Origin: Phyllosticta citribraziliensis
Lineage: Eukaryota
Direction of reading: 5' to 3'
NCBI RefSeq assembly: GCF_038025025.1
Contig: NW_027117341.1
Location: 1,240,001 to 1,304,000, forward strand
Length of the DNA: 64,000 nucleotides
The notes below the pieces were generated by a model. It worked only from the letters and a program-made list of their open reading frames with translations, did not search any database and was not told the DNA's origin. This document shows, piece by piece, positions 23,540 through 35,817 of the stretch (positions are counted from its first letter, which is position 1; every line of letters starts with the position of its first letter). The translations under genes and the position numbers were made by a program.

Positions 23540-24708
23540 ATGTCTCCAAAGTTTCAGCCGCAGGCCCCTGGACCCAACCGTCTCTTCTGTTCGGAAGACG
23601 ACTTGAAGTGGGGAGACTTTCGTGATGACCTTTCGCGAGATGGCTTTGCCATTGTGAAGGGAGCCATACCCCGTGAGCGAGCGGACAAGATTGCAGACCA
23701 GATGTACTCTTGGCTGGAAAGCTTGTAAGTACGGATCAGATTTGGGGGGAGGCAGTCCAATGAAAGACAGAATTCGCTTGGTGTTTGAGAATTCAAAAGC
23801 ATCCGGGCTCTTTTGAAGAAAATGCTGATATTCGTTGCTTGACAGCGATCTGGGCTTCGACCGCAACGACCTCTCCACAGTGCACCACACCAAGCTCCCC
23901 GTCATCAACGAAAAGGGCATGTGCCTCAACTACGCCGTGACTCACGAAGACTGGGCATGGGCCGTCCGCACGGAGCCTGGGGTCATCTCCACTTTCGAAA
24001 AGGTGTACGACACGCACGACCTCATCGTGTCCTTTGACGTCGTCAACTTCGGCTTCCCGAACCGCAAAGACATTGCACCAAACACGCCCTGGCCACACCA
24101 GGACCAAGATCCTGCCAAGGGCGGCTTCCGCTGCTTGCAGGGACTTGTGAATCTGCTTCCCAACGGACCAGACGACGGTGGGTTGATTGTCTGCAAAGGT
24201 GGTCACAGGCTCTCGGAGCAGTTCCATCGCGACATGGCCTGGGAAGACCGCATTTCAGCGTGGACCAACGAGTGGTACGGTTTCACGGACAAGGGGATGG
24301 AATGGCTCGAGGAGCACGGCTGCAAGTGGGAGAAGCTGTGCGCGGAGCCGGGCGATTTGCTTCTCTGGGATTCGAGGACGCCTCACTACAACCTGTCGTC
24401 CACAACCGACCAGCCCAGGTTCTGCATCTACACCTGCTACATGCCGGTGACTGAAGCGACGCAGGAAGACTTGTTGCGGAAGCGCGAGGCGTTTGAAGGT
24501 AAGCATCGCTATTTCGATCTGACGGCTATTACTGACGCTTTCAGCCTGCGTTGGTACGACTCACTGGCCAAACGCGAGACATGTGGGCAGCAACATTGCG
24601 AAGCGCGATGGCGTTGAGGATCCACACAACCGTCTGCGGCCGTTGAATGAGCCCGCCCTGGGTGAACGTGGATTGAAGCTTACAGGAATCCCGTACATTA
24701 CCGCTTAG
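23540..24708 (+). CDS. Phytanoyl-CoA dioxygenase-like (PhyH) Fe(II)/2-oxoglutarate oxygenase #2, 2 introns
   Basis: WGDFRDDLSRDGFAIVKGAIP, LIVSFD, WPHQDQ (HxD), GDLLLWDSRTPH, TTHWPN..LTGIPYITA*. Clear paralog of the gene at 11836-12944. Confidence 0.9.
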
Positions 24709-26779
24709 GGAGTTGGCAGGTCGTGAAGACTTTGGCCGATGTCTTACACCAAGGTCGAGATTATGTAGGTGTCAGTGGCATTCGATTGAAGGTCTGCCTT
24801 GAGGTATTGTCGTTACCTAGTTGAACTATGTAACAAAATCAGCAACAATCGTTCGACTCTTTGAGATGGTGGTCATGCAATTACTCCAGGTTTTTGATTG
24901 CTCCATTGGTGGCTTCCTTGCCCTGGAAATTGTCGCATCCTTGAACGCTCCCTGTTGTTAACCGTAAGATGAGGCGGCTCGAACGCTCCTCGTTTTTCCC
25001 TTGTCGACGTGCTTCCCGTTTCCTCATCCTTCCGACACGAGGGGAAAGTTCCTCTCATCACCCCAGCTTGGAACAATACCCGTCGCCAGATGCAATCCAG
25101 TACGCGACTGCAGCCTTCTCTTCTCGCTGAGGGTCTTTTCCAGCATCTTCTTCTCTTCCTTCCTCATCGCCAAACTCCCTCCCAAACGGCGCAAACGATG
25201 AAACGACATCCGTCACTTTTTTTCTTTCCTTGGTATGAAGACGACACCGCGGCCAAGGCGTTCAATTGTTTCGAAGGACAAACTGGGGATGAATGGCACG
25301 CCACGTTACGCCACACACCAACTCTGCATTCCAGCGCTTCTGGGCTTGCTTGGCCGACTGCTTGGCTTTGCTCGGCATCATGCTGCCTCGCAGGTACCCT
25401 TCTAAGCAGCCTGCCCCCACGAACAGGTCAGTAAAGTACGAGTACGAAAATCTGCATCCTCACGATACTCTCCGCCACGCGCACCGCCCAAGCTGACCTC
25501 AGTCCAACAACCTCCGCAACGCTCACACAAACTGATCCCACACGCTGAACGCCACACCCAGCGCCCAGCCAACCTAGCCTGGTTGGTCGTTGGGTAGGCA
25601 TGCCAGGCACGCCACCTTGGATGGGCAGTTCCGTCCGTCGGTCGACAACCAAGACAAGACAAGACGCGGCGGGTCCGTGCAGCTTGCCCTGGCGGGGCCA
25701 CAGGCGCGTCTGAGTGGACGAGGCCGCCGGGCCAAGGTCTGGGTCAGACGTTTGAAGTTGCGCTCGTTCGTGCGAGGGAGGGGACGTGTGTGGTTGGTTG
25801 GGAAAGGGAATGGAGGAGAGGACGCGGGCTTGGCTGTTTGTGGGCGGTGGCCATCCTCTCGTGGATGCTTTGGTTTGTGCGCCGCGTGTTAACGATGATG
25901 GGTGGATGAGGATTTGAGCTGGAGGACGCATTTGTGGGCGGCCCGCGATTGGTGGGGTTAGCTCTGTTTGCCGAAGACTGAGCACTGTTTGCTGTGAAGT
26001 GATGGCCTGCAAGATGAATCCACATGGTCTTGTGGGCTTCTTAGATGCAGACGACCTGAACTATCATGTAGCAAGACCTGCAGGTGGACGTGCGTCATTC
26101 ATGGCGCTGATGGCTTTGGCCTTCATGTTCGAAACATTCGCCAGTCTGCCAGACGTTGAGGGCTCACTACCCTCTGCACGACGGTTTGGATACGTCGAAT
26201 CGAGACAAATGTCAAAACCAGAGGAGTATCCTTTGGAGAGTATGCTCTGGTACCCGAAGATTCGGTCTCACGCATAACGTGCAGATTGCAATTGATCAGG
26301 ACCAAACTTTCCGAAATAGCTTGATTCAAAACACTATTTAACCTACCTGTTCGGCCCGTCCCCGAGTCGGTTCAAACACCGATGGTTTCTGATCGATAAG
26401 TTTCGCATTTCGAGTTTTGGTCAGGAAGCTAACGAACACATCCTGAATGTAATGTCGTAGTCGTCGAAGATTCCAGTACTACCCCATCTCCGGTGGATTT
26501 TCAGTACTACATCACCAGTACATGCCCGCAAGCAGATCCTAAAGTTAGCACGACACACAACTCACACCAAACAAAGGGAGAGTAATTGGCAATCAAGCTT
26601 CGTCTTCGGGGCAAGCCCTCGGACTCGGCGACACCTTGTGTGGGGAAGATACTTTTCGTATTCCGGCTACTCATGATCGTGTCCGTCCCTGCCTGGTATA
26701 TCCGAACCCAAAAAAGCCCTTTTGTTGTCCCATCTTACGCCCACACACCTCCATCACATCTTGTCGATGGTGGACGAGT

Positions 26780-27330
26780 TTACTGGCCAGGGCGGCGGTC
26801 GTTGAAGCGGCGCGGGCGCTCAGCAACCTGCTGCTGAGCAACGGCGACGACGTTGACGGGGATCGAGTCGAACTGCAAGGGCTTGTGAGCAAAATACGGA
26901 CCGAATCTGCGTCAAGGAAAACTTACGCCGAGGCTCTTGAGCATGTCCTTGGTCTCCTGGTCAATGTCGAGCTGGCCGCTGTCGCTGTTCTGGGTGAAGT
27001 CGAGAGCAGAGACCTCGGGGACGTATTGGTCCTTGCGCTCTCTCTCCTCCTCCTGCAGCTTGAAGGAAATGCCGCGGACGGGACCACGCTGGATGCGCTT
27101 CATCAAGTGGGTGGTGTAGCCGGCAATCTTGTTGCGCAGGCGCTTGGAAGCGATGATGGCGATTTCATCGCAGATCCTCTGTTTGGACTTTGTCAGCATG
27201 GCTGGTCCATTTGCCGTGCAAGAATCGCGCGAACCTTGTTGGTCTCGAAGTCGAGGGTGAGCTTGGGGTAGTAACGCTCAATGACGACCTTGGCGGACTT
27301 CTTGACGGTCTTGGTGCGAACGCGACCCAT
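26780..27330 (-). CDS. RPS17: 40S ribosomal protein S17 (eS17), 2 introns
   Basis: [87 protein letters not shown]. Confidence 0.99.
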
Positions 27331-27469
27331 TTTGGCTGTCTGGAGGTGTTGGGTTGGAGAGAGAGAGGTTGTCCGAGGCGGTGGTCGTCGTTGTCTTCTC
27401 CAGGAACGCGGAGGGTATCCGAAAAGTCGACTGTGCGGATGTCGGCGAATTGCGACAAGCGAGGCCGAC

Positions 27470-27479
27470 ATCACGTGAT
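27470..27479. promoter_or_regulatory. Palindromic E-box ATCACGTGAT (Cbf1-type bHLH site) upstream of RPS17
   Basis: Perfect 10-bp palindrome 140 bp upstream of the RPS17 ATG. Cbf1-type sites are known at fungal ribosomal protein promoters. Confidence 0.5.
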
Positions 27480-27789
27480 CAGTGATAGCCGGCGCCCGGG
27501 CCCGCGGGACTCCTTCCTCCCCCTTCCATTGGCATGGATGGACACACATTTACATTCTCATCCTATGTACCAGATGGAGCCAGTGTACATCGCCACTGCG
27601 TTCATATCTACAGTCGTCTCGAATAGATCTTGACTTTGCAACAAAAGAAAGATTTTTGCCACATAGCCAGTTCGGACATCAATTGAAAAGTGGTATTGTA
27701 CATTCCCCTCGCAATTCAACCTTGGCCCGTCCTCGACATCTATTTGCTGTCCACCGGCGCCCAAAGCCATGATAATGCCCATCGTCGCC

Positions 27790-29178
27790 TCAGGGGTTAG
27801 GTCCGAGAATGTTCATCAGACTGTCTTTAGTCTCACCCCCGTCTGCCTTTGGGGATGTTTGCGCCGGGAGCGACGTCTGCCCGGACAGCGTCGGCATTGG
27901 TATTGGCAGAGGGTCTGATCGATCAACCTTCGACGTGTGCGTCTCCGGATCGTTAAAAGCCTCGCCCGTGTAGGCTGCCACCTTGAAGTCGCTCACATGG
28001 GTTGCTTCAAGTGTGATGTGGCCATTCGAATCGATGCTCGCGTGGTCCGGTGTGACCCACATCTTGTGACCACCGGGCTGTTCAAAGTCGTATTTTATAA
28101 GGTCTTTCGTGCCGGCATCGAAAGATTTTTTCAAATCGGTCACAACACCAGCCACGCCAATCTTTGTGTTGATGTTCGCCCCAGCCTGAGATCCCAGTAG
28201 GCGGGCTTTGGTGGGTGCATAGTCGTCCCGGGGTCCCAAGATGGGGTTATTATCCATGAAATTGCGAGTGCGAAGATACGAGAGACCAGCCGACGGATGA
28301 GTCCGGGGCTTGCTCATCACGTTGCTGCCCAGGTAGCCTGAATCAACCAGATGAGAGTCGCCCATGGTCGCCCGTCTGGCTTCCTCTCTTAGGTCGGGCA
28401 TGTCGAAGTACTGAATGATCCACCGGCTGAGTGGCGATGAGAGGCTCGTATCTTCACGCAGCTTCTTCATCCACACCTGGTACTCTTCCTCTGAAATCTT
28501 GAAGCCATCCTCCTTGGGAATATCAGTACCCTCAGCCCTAGCCGTCTCGATTCGCTGGACCAGTGCAGCCTCGGTGATCTTCTTGCGCAGGAATCCGCCG
28601 AAGTTGCGCTTCGCGCCTTGCACCTTGATTTTCAAGAACTTCTCAAACTCGCCAGTGCTCATTTCGCCGACCCAAGGACCATCGTATTTCCACTTGTGTT
28701 GCCCATTGCTGCGCATCTCGGCATTCAAGTGTGTGTTGTCCTCGTGCTCGTCGAAAACAGAAACGAACTTGGGCGTTTGAGAAGCTCCCGCCTTGCGTCC
28801 GGGGAGGCTGATAGGCATGTTCAACTGTTGCCATTTTTCCAATGTGCGTACGTGGTCTCCAGCACTTTCGAAATCGGTAATGAAGTTGATCGTGTCTACT
28901 TCAAAGACTCTCATGGCAGGGGCCGTCGACCTGGTGGTTTCTCGCATTGGCAGAGGCCGTTTCAGACCCCAATCGCCTCGGTGTAAGCTCGATGTCGGTG
29001 TTGCTATGGCCTGGTAGGTCGGGAACGCTTGGGTTGCCGTCTCTGAGCCGACGCTGGACTGAAAGGCGCCATCGCCCTCGAACGGCGGCGGGATTGGAGG
29101 CGGAAGCGAAAAGAGTCGAGAGTTGCGCAACAGCTTGGCGGTAGGAGAGGACAGCTTGCGCGCTATCCGTTTGGACAT
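27790..29178 (-). CDS. MRP51: Mitochondrial small-subunit ribosomal protein Mrp51 (bS1m)
   Basis: Arg/Ser-rich presequence-like start MSKRIARKLSS; family motifs LLRNSRLFSLP, RGDWGLKRPLP, TDFESA, THPSAGLSY. Confidence 0.9.
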   Translation of the reverse strand: MSKRIARKLSSPTAKLLRNSRLFSLPPPIPPPFEGDGAFQSSVGSETATQAFPTYQAIATPTSSLHRGDWGLKRPLPMRETTRSTAPAMRVFEVDTINFITDFESAGDHVRTLEKWQQLNMPISLPGRKAGASQTPKFVSVFDEHEDNTHLNAEMRSNGQHKWKYDGPWVGEMSTGEFEKFLKIKVQGAKRNFGGFLRKKITEAALVQRIETARAEGTDIPKEDGFKISEEEYQVWMKKLREDTSLSSPLSRWIIQYFDMPDLREEARRATMGDSHLVDSGYLGSNVMSKPRTHPSAGLSYLRTRNFMDNNPILGPRDDYAPTKARLLGSQAGANINTKIGVAGVVTDLKKSFDAGTKDLIKYDFEQPGGHKMWVTPDHASIDSNGHITLEATHVSDFKVAAYTGEAFNDPETHTSKVDRSDPLPIPMPTLSGQTSLPAQTSPKADGGETKDSLMNILGPNP

Positions 29179-29843
29179 GTTGAAAGAAGGCGGCACGGCT
29201 TGGTGCCCCGCTGCAATTGGTGACGTTGTATTCCGGTCGCGATGGTGGAGTTGGGTTGTGGTCCGCTGGAAATGTCCATTCGTTTTTGCCGATCCTCCGA
29301 TTTGCGCACGGGCCATGAGTACAGTCCGGGTTCAACAGTTCAACACCGCGAGCAGACCTGGGCCGTCAATCCAAACTAGTGCCTGCAGCAGCTTTCTAAA
29401 TCTACCACTCGCGATTTGCTGCAGGTTTCCACAGACGAGATGGAGGGAAGTTAGCTCCTGGCTTGATCCTCCCGGTCACGACCTGCAATATATTTTTCGA
29501 GAATACAGCCGCCGTCAGTTCATCAATACCGCCTGCACCTCAAACACAAGGCACGCTGCCTCTCACCATGTGAGCACACTTCGGTACAGCAGATTGCCGC
29601 TTATGGTCAACGCTTTGTCTGTCATCCAAATCGCCGTTCAGTCTTCTATCTAGAGACTGGCGAGGTCTTGCTCCCATCTCGAAGTACATGCTTTTGGTAG
29701 TCCACGCAAAGGGTATCTTGCTGTGCGAGTCATCCACCATTAACGCCGGTCCGGGCCCAATGGAATAGTCGAAGAACATTGTTCCCAATCCTACTTGCGT
29801 GCAGCAAGTGGTACTCTGCCCAAGAGGTCGTTCTGAACACGCC

Positions 29844-30836
29844 CTAGGTCAGGACCCAGTCCCCATCATCATCTTGTTCTTGTGGATTGCTCGAATTTAA
29901 TTTTGGCTCATATCCCTCGACGGATGCGTGGGCCACGGCGTGAGGAGGTTTGGGTGTCGAGACGCTGTCGTTTTCCATAATGACGTCCTTGACCAGGCCT
30001 CTCGACTTTGCCGATTCGACTGGTTCGCCCCTCTCCAAAGCCAAGTCGGCCATGGCTTTATCCAGCGCTTGTGCGTCTCTGGGGCCAGAATTGGTCAGAG
30101 AGAGGTCGTTCATGATTTCGTTGAGATAGCGCGGCTCGGATGGTGATGGAAGGTCGTCAATCATAAGCTCCAGGCCGTGCGACGTTGCAGCTCTTCGAAG
30201 CCAGGCCGGCTCCTCGTCCAGCTGGACCTTGACAAAAAGGGCCCGGCGCGCGCAGTCTTCAGAGCACCACAGCTCCAGCTTTTCTCGATCCACAATCTGC
30301 AGGTTTCGACCACGGACGAGGAATTTTTTCTTGGCGCCGTTTTTGTCAACCTTGGGCGGCCTGGGGCAGAGGGCGTAGCTACAACGGCCAGCGCACTTGC
30401 GCTCCTCCAGCAGTGAATCGTAGTCGGAGGGCTGGAAATTCATGATCAAGCTTTTGAACTGTGACGCGTCAGCGGGCGAGGGGCGCTTGGGATCGGCGTC
30501 CGGGGAGGACGGAAAGTCGAGGAGCTGGACAATGGCATCAAGAATCTGCGCCTCGACGTCCTTTTGCTGCTGAATCAAGGTGGCATGATGGAGGGCTATT
30601 TGTTTGTTCCGGTCACTGGAGCGCGGGTCTCGGCGAGGCGGGGCCCGGCGCGCTTCTTGCGGTGGCGCGTGGGCGTGCTGGTGTTGGAGTTGTTGGTGGG
30701 CATGAGAGTGGGAGACGGAGTGATCTGGGGGCGCGTTGTTGATCTTGCGCAAGATGGACTTGGGCAACGCAGCGCTCGCGTCGAATTTGGGAGGAGGCAT
30801 TGGAGCTGACGAGGACGATGATGGCAGTGCATGCAT
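29844..30836 (-). CDS. RTR1: Rtr1/RPAP2-family RNA polymerase II CTD phosphatase-like protein
   Basis: FQPSDYDSLLEERKCAGRCSYALC..WCSEDCARRALFVKVQL zinc-binding Rtr1/RPAP2 signature. The start may instead be the ATG at 30800. Confidence 0.85.
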   Translation of the reverse strand: MHALPSSSSSAPMPPPKFDASAALPKSILRKINNAPPDHSVSHSHAHQQLQHQHAHAPPQEARRAPPRRDPRSSDRNKQIALHHATLIQQQKDVEAQILDAIVQLLDFPSSPDADPKRPSPADASQFKSLIMNFQPSDYDSLLEERKCAGRCSYALCPRPPKVDKNGAKKKFLVRGRNLQIVDREKLELWCSEDCARRALFVKVQLDEEPAWLRRAATSHGLELMIDDLPSPSEPRYLNEIMNDLSLTNSGPRDAQALDKAMADLALERGEPVESAKSRGLVKDVIMENDSVSTPKPPHAVAHASVEGYEPKLNSSNPQEQDDDGDWVLT

Positions 30837-31328
30837 TCGCGACGGAGGCTGCGTGAGGTGTCAGTGGCTGAGATGGGTTTGGTCAGGTCGTCGGGCTTGC
30901 TTCGCAGCGTCAGGGCCTCCTCACCGCAGCCAGACCTGAGCCAGAGCCAGATGACATCCGCCGCCCTCCTTAGTTAGCTCCGCCTCTTCCACACGCACGC
31001 ACGTCTGTCTGCATGAGGTCGCCTCCCAAACATCCACCATCTGCGCCCTCGCCCGTCCGTCTCTGCCCATCTGCTCCTGGTACGCTTCGTCCACCTGCAT
31101 TCCGTGGCTGCCTCTCCCGGTCATTCGAAGCTCCGTCGCTGACGCAATGCCCCGCCAGTCCACCGCCAACGGCCTTCACTCTTTGTAGTCAACCGCCATT
31201 CCTCTCCACCGCGCCATCTCTGCCTCGACTCGATCAAATCCTGTGTGTCCGCAGCGGGCTGGCCGCAGTAGAACGAGGCCCACAGTCCGCACCACGCTTC
31301 CTAGCCCTGCGCTGGGCCCGCAACCGCC

Positions 31329-34300
31329 ATGTCTTCACCCCCGTTCAAGGTGAAGGCCATATACGACTACAACTCGGGCCACGAGGATGATTTGAGCTTT
31401 GCCGAAGGTGTCGTCATCACTGTTACAGCCGAGGAGGATGCCGACTGGTACATCGGCGAGTACACGGCTGCCAATGGCGGCAAGCAGGAGGGCTTGTTCC
31501 CCAAGAACTTTGTCGAGCGCTTCGAGCCTGCTCCTCCTCCAAGGCCTGCCCGTACTGCGAGGCCGCCGCCGCCGTCCGAAGCACCCTCTGCTTTGGAGCA
31601 GCAGCCCGTCGAAGATGCGCCCAAGCACGCGCCGCAAGTTCAGCCAGAGCCTCAGGAGCAATCCCCTGTCATTCCCCAGGCAACAGCTCCGGAGCCTGTC
31701 AAGGTCGAAGCACCCAAGCCGCCCATGTCTCCTCCGCCAGTCACCTCTCACGAGCATCCTCCGGTCCCGAAAGCTTCGAAACCGGCTCCCGCGACGACTT
31801 CTGCCTCGTCAGGCAGCAAGTCGCCCCCGCCCGTGGCCGAAAAGCCGCAATCCTTCAAAGACCGCATCGCTGCTTTCAATAAGGCCGCCGCGGCTCCCGT
31901 GAAGCCTTTTAAACCAAGTGGACCGTCTACCGGTTTCATTAAGAAACCTTTTGTAGCTCCTCCGCCAAGCCGCGATGCCTACGTTCCACCTCCGCGAGAA
32001 GCGGCGCCTCAAAAGGCTTACAGGCGGGATGAGGACCCGGAAATCGCTGAAAGACAGGCCCAAGACCATGAGAATGCTGCCAAAGCAGGTCTCGCTGGCG
32101 GCGCCTCTGCTGAACCTGAAGGAGAAGACGACCAGCCGAAACCCACAAGCCTCAAGGAGAGGATCGCGCTTTTGCAGAAACAGCAAATGGAGCAGGCGGC
32201 GCGCCAAGCCGAACGCCAGTCTGAGAAACCAAAGCGGCCGCCCAAGAAGCGCGTTGAATCCCATGATACTGAACCTCTTTCCGAGACAACCGAAGGCGGA
32301 GATCCGGAAGAGGCGAACGCTGCCAAGAAACGTCATCCACACGTGTCCAAGGCCGCCGAGACTGGACTCCAAGAGCCTTTGAGTGATGGCAATGAGGCTG
32401 ATCAATCTGCTGCCGGTGAAACGACCGAAGATGCCGAAGGCCTGTCAACAAGCATCGAGGACGATGAGGATAAAACCCGCGCCCAAGCTGCTGCTGCTCC
32501 CACACCCAGGGCCGCGGCGGCGCCGACCCGCGAACCAGAGGTTGGCGACGAGGAGGATGCCGCAGAAGAAGACGGAGAAGAGGAGGAGGAGGAGGAGATG
32601 GACGAAGAGACGCGCCGGCGAATGGAGTTGAGGGAACGCATGGCCAAGATGAGTGGAGGCATGGGCATGGCTGGCATGTTTGGTCCACCTGGTGGCATGC
32701 CGATTCCTGGGATGAAGCCGCCAAAGAAGACTGCTTCTGGTTCGGAGAGGAAGTCCACTGAAAGCAGACGTGAGGCAGAACAATCGCCTCAATTGCCCGC
32801 CCAGCGCGTCCCTATGATTCCGATTCCCGGCATGCCGCACCCTGCAGTGCGAAGTCCCGATTCTGAAGGAACCGAGCTCGCCGTTGAAAAGGAGGATGAG
32901 CCGAGACACCCAGTGACCGAACCATATGATGCCGAAGAGGTTCCGGACGTCGAAGATGTGAGGTCAGAAGCCTCCTACAAAGGTCATCTCGAGGACAGGC
33001 CGGTTCCTGGTCATCCCCAAGGTACGTTCCACATGCGTCAACGTGCCGTCGCTGCTACGCACAAGCCCATGAGGTCCTCGCGTTCACGCAAGTCTCGATG
33101 CTCGACAGTTAGCTGGTCGTCTGTCACGACTGATGGCCAGTCGGAGTACATCTTGACAATCGAGGTCTCGAGTAGGTTTCGTTGCACGCAGCGCGCCTTG
33201 ACCGTCTTTTCCCTAACGCGTGGCGTTACTCACACATAACAGAGAGAAATCCTGCTGCCAATGAATATTCTCCGGTCTCACCCAGCGATCGCACGGCACC
33301 GCTGCCTCCTCTTGAGAGTGCGTATTGAATTCCCTTGGCTGATGTTCTGCTAACAACCGCAGCCCGTCCAGTGCCGCCTCCAGTACCACGTCCTACCGCA
33401 CACCATCACGACGAGAACTCAGACACTGAAGATGAAGACACTGAAGCGCCCAAGGAGCTCCCAGTTCGTGGACCTCCTCCACCAGTCCCTCAATCGCCGC
33501 CTCCGCCGCACTCGGCCGAGCCAAATTCTCCCCACGTGCCGTCGAGGCCTTCTACGTCTTCGGAAAAGCGCTCAAGCCGAGCAGTTCCCCCAATTCCCAT
33601 GGGAAGTCCGATTGTGTCGCCTGTTCAAGCCAGACCGCCGCCGCCGCCGCCCCCCGGTGCCCCTCCGTCCAAGGCCTCTTTGGATGCCACGCTCTCTCCT
33701 GATCTGCACGCCCAGAGGGAAGAGGAAGGCGAGACTGACTATGAAGGTGATTATGACACCGATATAGCCTCTACCGCCACTCACAAAGATGCGCTCAAAG
33801 CACATCTCAGAGACCAAAGCCAGGACGACAGCACCTTGGCTGGCGACACTCCGGTCAGGTCTCCTGTTGCGGGTCCTCCTCCAATCCCGTTGGGCACAGC
33901 CCCGCGCGCGGTCCCACCTCCGCCTCCCCAAGAGCCACCGCGTTCAAGAGCGTCCATGGACGCGCCCAGAGGCGCGCCGCCTCCGCCTCCGAGAGAGTCT
34001 GTGGACTATCCTCGAGCTGCGCCTCCTCCGCCTCCCAGGGAGTCCCTTGACGCGCCACGAGCTGTACCGCCACCGCTTCCCCGCGATGCGAGGTCACCGT
34101 TAGAGGAGGACGATTATGACCCGTTCAAGAATGCCCCAGGAGCCCGAGCGCCTCAGCCGCCCCCGGTGCCGCCGCCAGCTACCCGAGAGCCAGCGACTCC
34201 CGCTGAGGAAGCAGAAGAGGATGAGCTTTACGCCAGTCCACCACCGCGTCGGATGAGCCATAGGATGAGTCGACACGCCGCTCCTCCACCACCACCCCCT

Positions 34301-35215
34301 CCTCACCAGGAGATTCCTGAATCCGCGATTCCGAATTCGCCGGGACGAGGCTCTATGCAAGCCTCGCGCCGATCTGTTGATGTGGAACGGGCCGTCGGCT
34401 CGCGTCGCTCGATGGATCAAACGCGTCCTTCCATGGACCACGGTCAGATCGCGAATGACGTTGATTTGGGCCACGGCAGCAAGTGGTGGACGCAGCCTAA
34501 TACGCCGCCACCCGTCTTCCAAAATCGCAAAGATGTTCTTTTCGAGATTGAGGAGTCGACTTCCACGAAACGTGGCGGAAGGGCGATTGTTCAAAAGGAT
34601 GTTTACATCTTGTTCCAAGACTACTCACAAACGGTCGTCACCGCGCGCTATTACTCGCACGACCAGGAACAGGCTTCGTTGGAGCAGCGCCACGAAGGAC
34701 CGCCGGCAAAGCTTCGTCAAGACCAATTGGAGAAGGCGTACGACCACTTTGGGCGTCGCATCGCTGACGACGTGAACAACAAGAAAGACAGCGTGGTTGG
34801 GGATGGCTCTCCCCAAGCCCTGGTTCTAGATCTGTTGGCTCCATTTCATGACGCGCTTTTGCCCGTTGGCACTCGCGCTTATGGAGCTCTCGTCTATGCC
34901 AACCTCGGAAACGCCTCGGTGCAACAGCACGACGAGATTCGTCCCGGCGACATCATCAGCTTGCGCAACGCCAAATTCCAGGGCAAGCACGGCACCATGC
35001 ACGCCAAGTACAGCATGGATGTAGGCAAACCTGATCACGTTGGCGTTGTGATTGAGTGGGATGGCACCAAGAAGAAGATTCGCGCGTACGAACAGGGCCG
35101 CGAGAACAAAAAGGTCAAGGCGGAGAGCTTCCGCATGGCTGATTTGCGCAGCGGCGAGGTGCGCGTGTGGCGCGTCATGGGCAGAGACTGGGTTGGATGG
35201 GACAGTGCTCACTGA
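31329..35215 (+). CDS. BBC1: SH3-domain myosin-tail-interacting protein Bbc1/Mti1, 2 introns (33022-33242, 33318-33362)
   Basis: N-terminal SH3 (VKAIYDY..DLSF..WYIG..GLFPKNFV), SFKDRIAAF, SLKERIALLQ, Pro-rich middle, conserved C-terminal domain (IRPGDII..HVGVVIEWDGTKKK..WVGW). Confidence 0.88.
33898..34086 (+). repeat. Coding tandem repeat in BBC1: about 4 copies of (D)xPR(A/G)(A/V)PPPPPRES
   Basis: APRAVPPPPPQE..DAPRGAPPPPPRESVDYPRAAPPPPPRESLDAPRAVPPPLPRD; 14-aa (42-nt) period in the last three copies. Confidence 0.75.
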
Positions 35216-35817
35216 GTTGGTCAGGAAGCAATTGCATGGGGTGAACGAGGTCTGTACGGTTGTTGAATTGAGCGGGTGCATTGGTGGGTGGCGAGCAAGC
35301 GTGCTTGTTGCGTGTCTGTCGTTGCCATCATTGTTGTAGCGTCGCATCGGGTGGTGAGGATAGTGGTTTTTGTCATTACTGCCTTGGCAACAACGGCGGC
35401 CTGGTCGCAGTACCTCTGTTTGGTTTGTTGTGTTGTGTTGTGTTAGCGCAAGGATGCAGGAGCAACCCCTGGTGTCAGCTATGTAGCTTGGTAAGTAAGG
35501 TAGATAGTCTGAGGGAGATGGAGCGTTCATTGCAGCCCAGCTTTTCCCAGAATGCTTTTCTCTGTTGTGGCGTGCTTTTCAAGTCCCTTTTACTCAAAGT
35601 GAGGCATTCAATTCGTAATTCGCATTGACTAGCGCTCCATACAAACTACCCACTAATTTGATTCTTCCCGAAGCCTGCAGGAAACCATGCAACTTGTGTA
35701 TGTAAACGCCTGCGCCTAATTCTGCACGTGATTGTGTTCCCAGACCCTGGCGCCTAATATCAGGAGAGGAGAAAGATCCATGAGCGAAAGGGGCAATGTG
35801 TCCACGGCCGTAGTCGT

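Noticed and set aside
11836..24708. Interpreting the six-gene cluster as a classical secondary-metabolite biosynthetic cluster
   Set aside because: No PKS, NRPS, terpene synthase, DMATS or RiPP precursor/DUF3328 gene lies within it, and housekeeping genes flank it.
29179..29316. N-terminal extension of MRP51 from the upstream ATG at 29316
   Set aside because: The ATG at 29178 begins a typical mitochondrial presequence; the extension looks like leader sequence.
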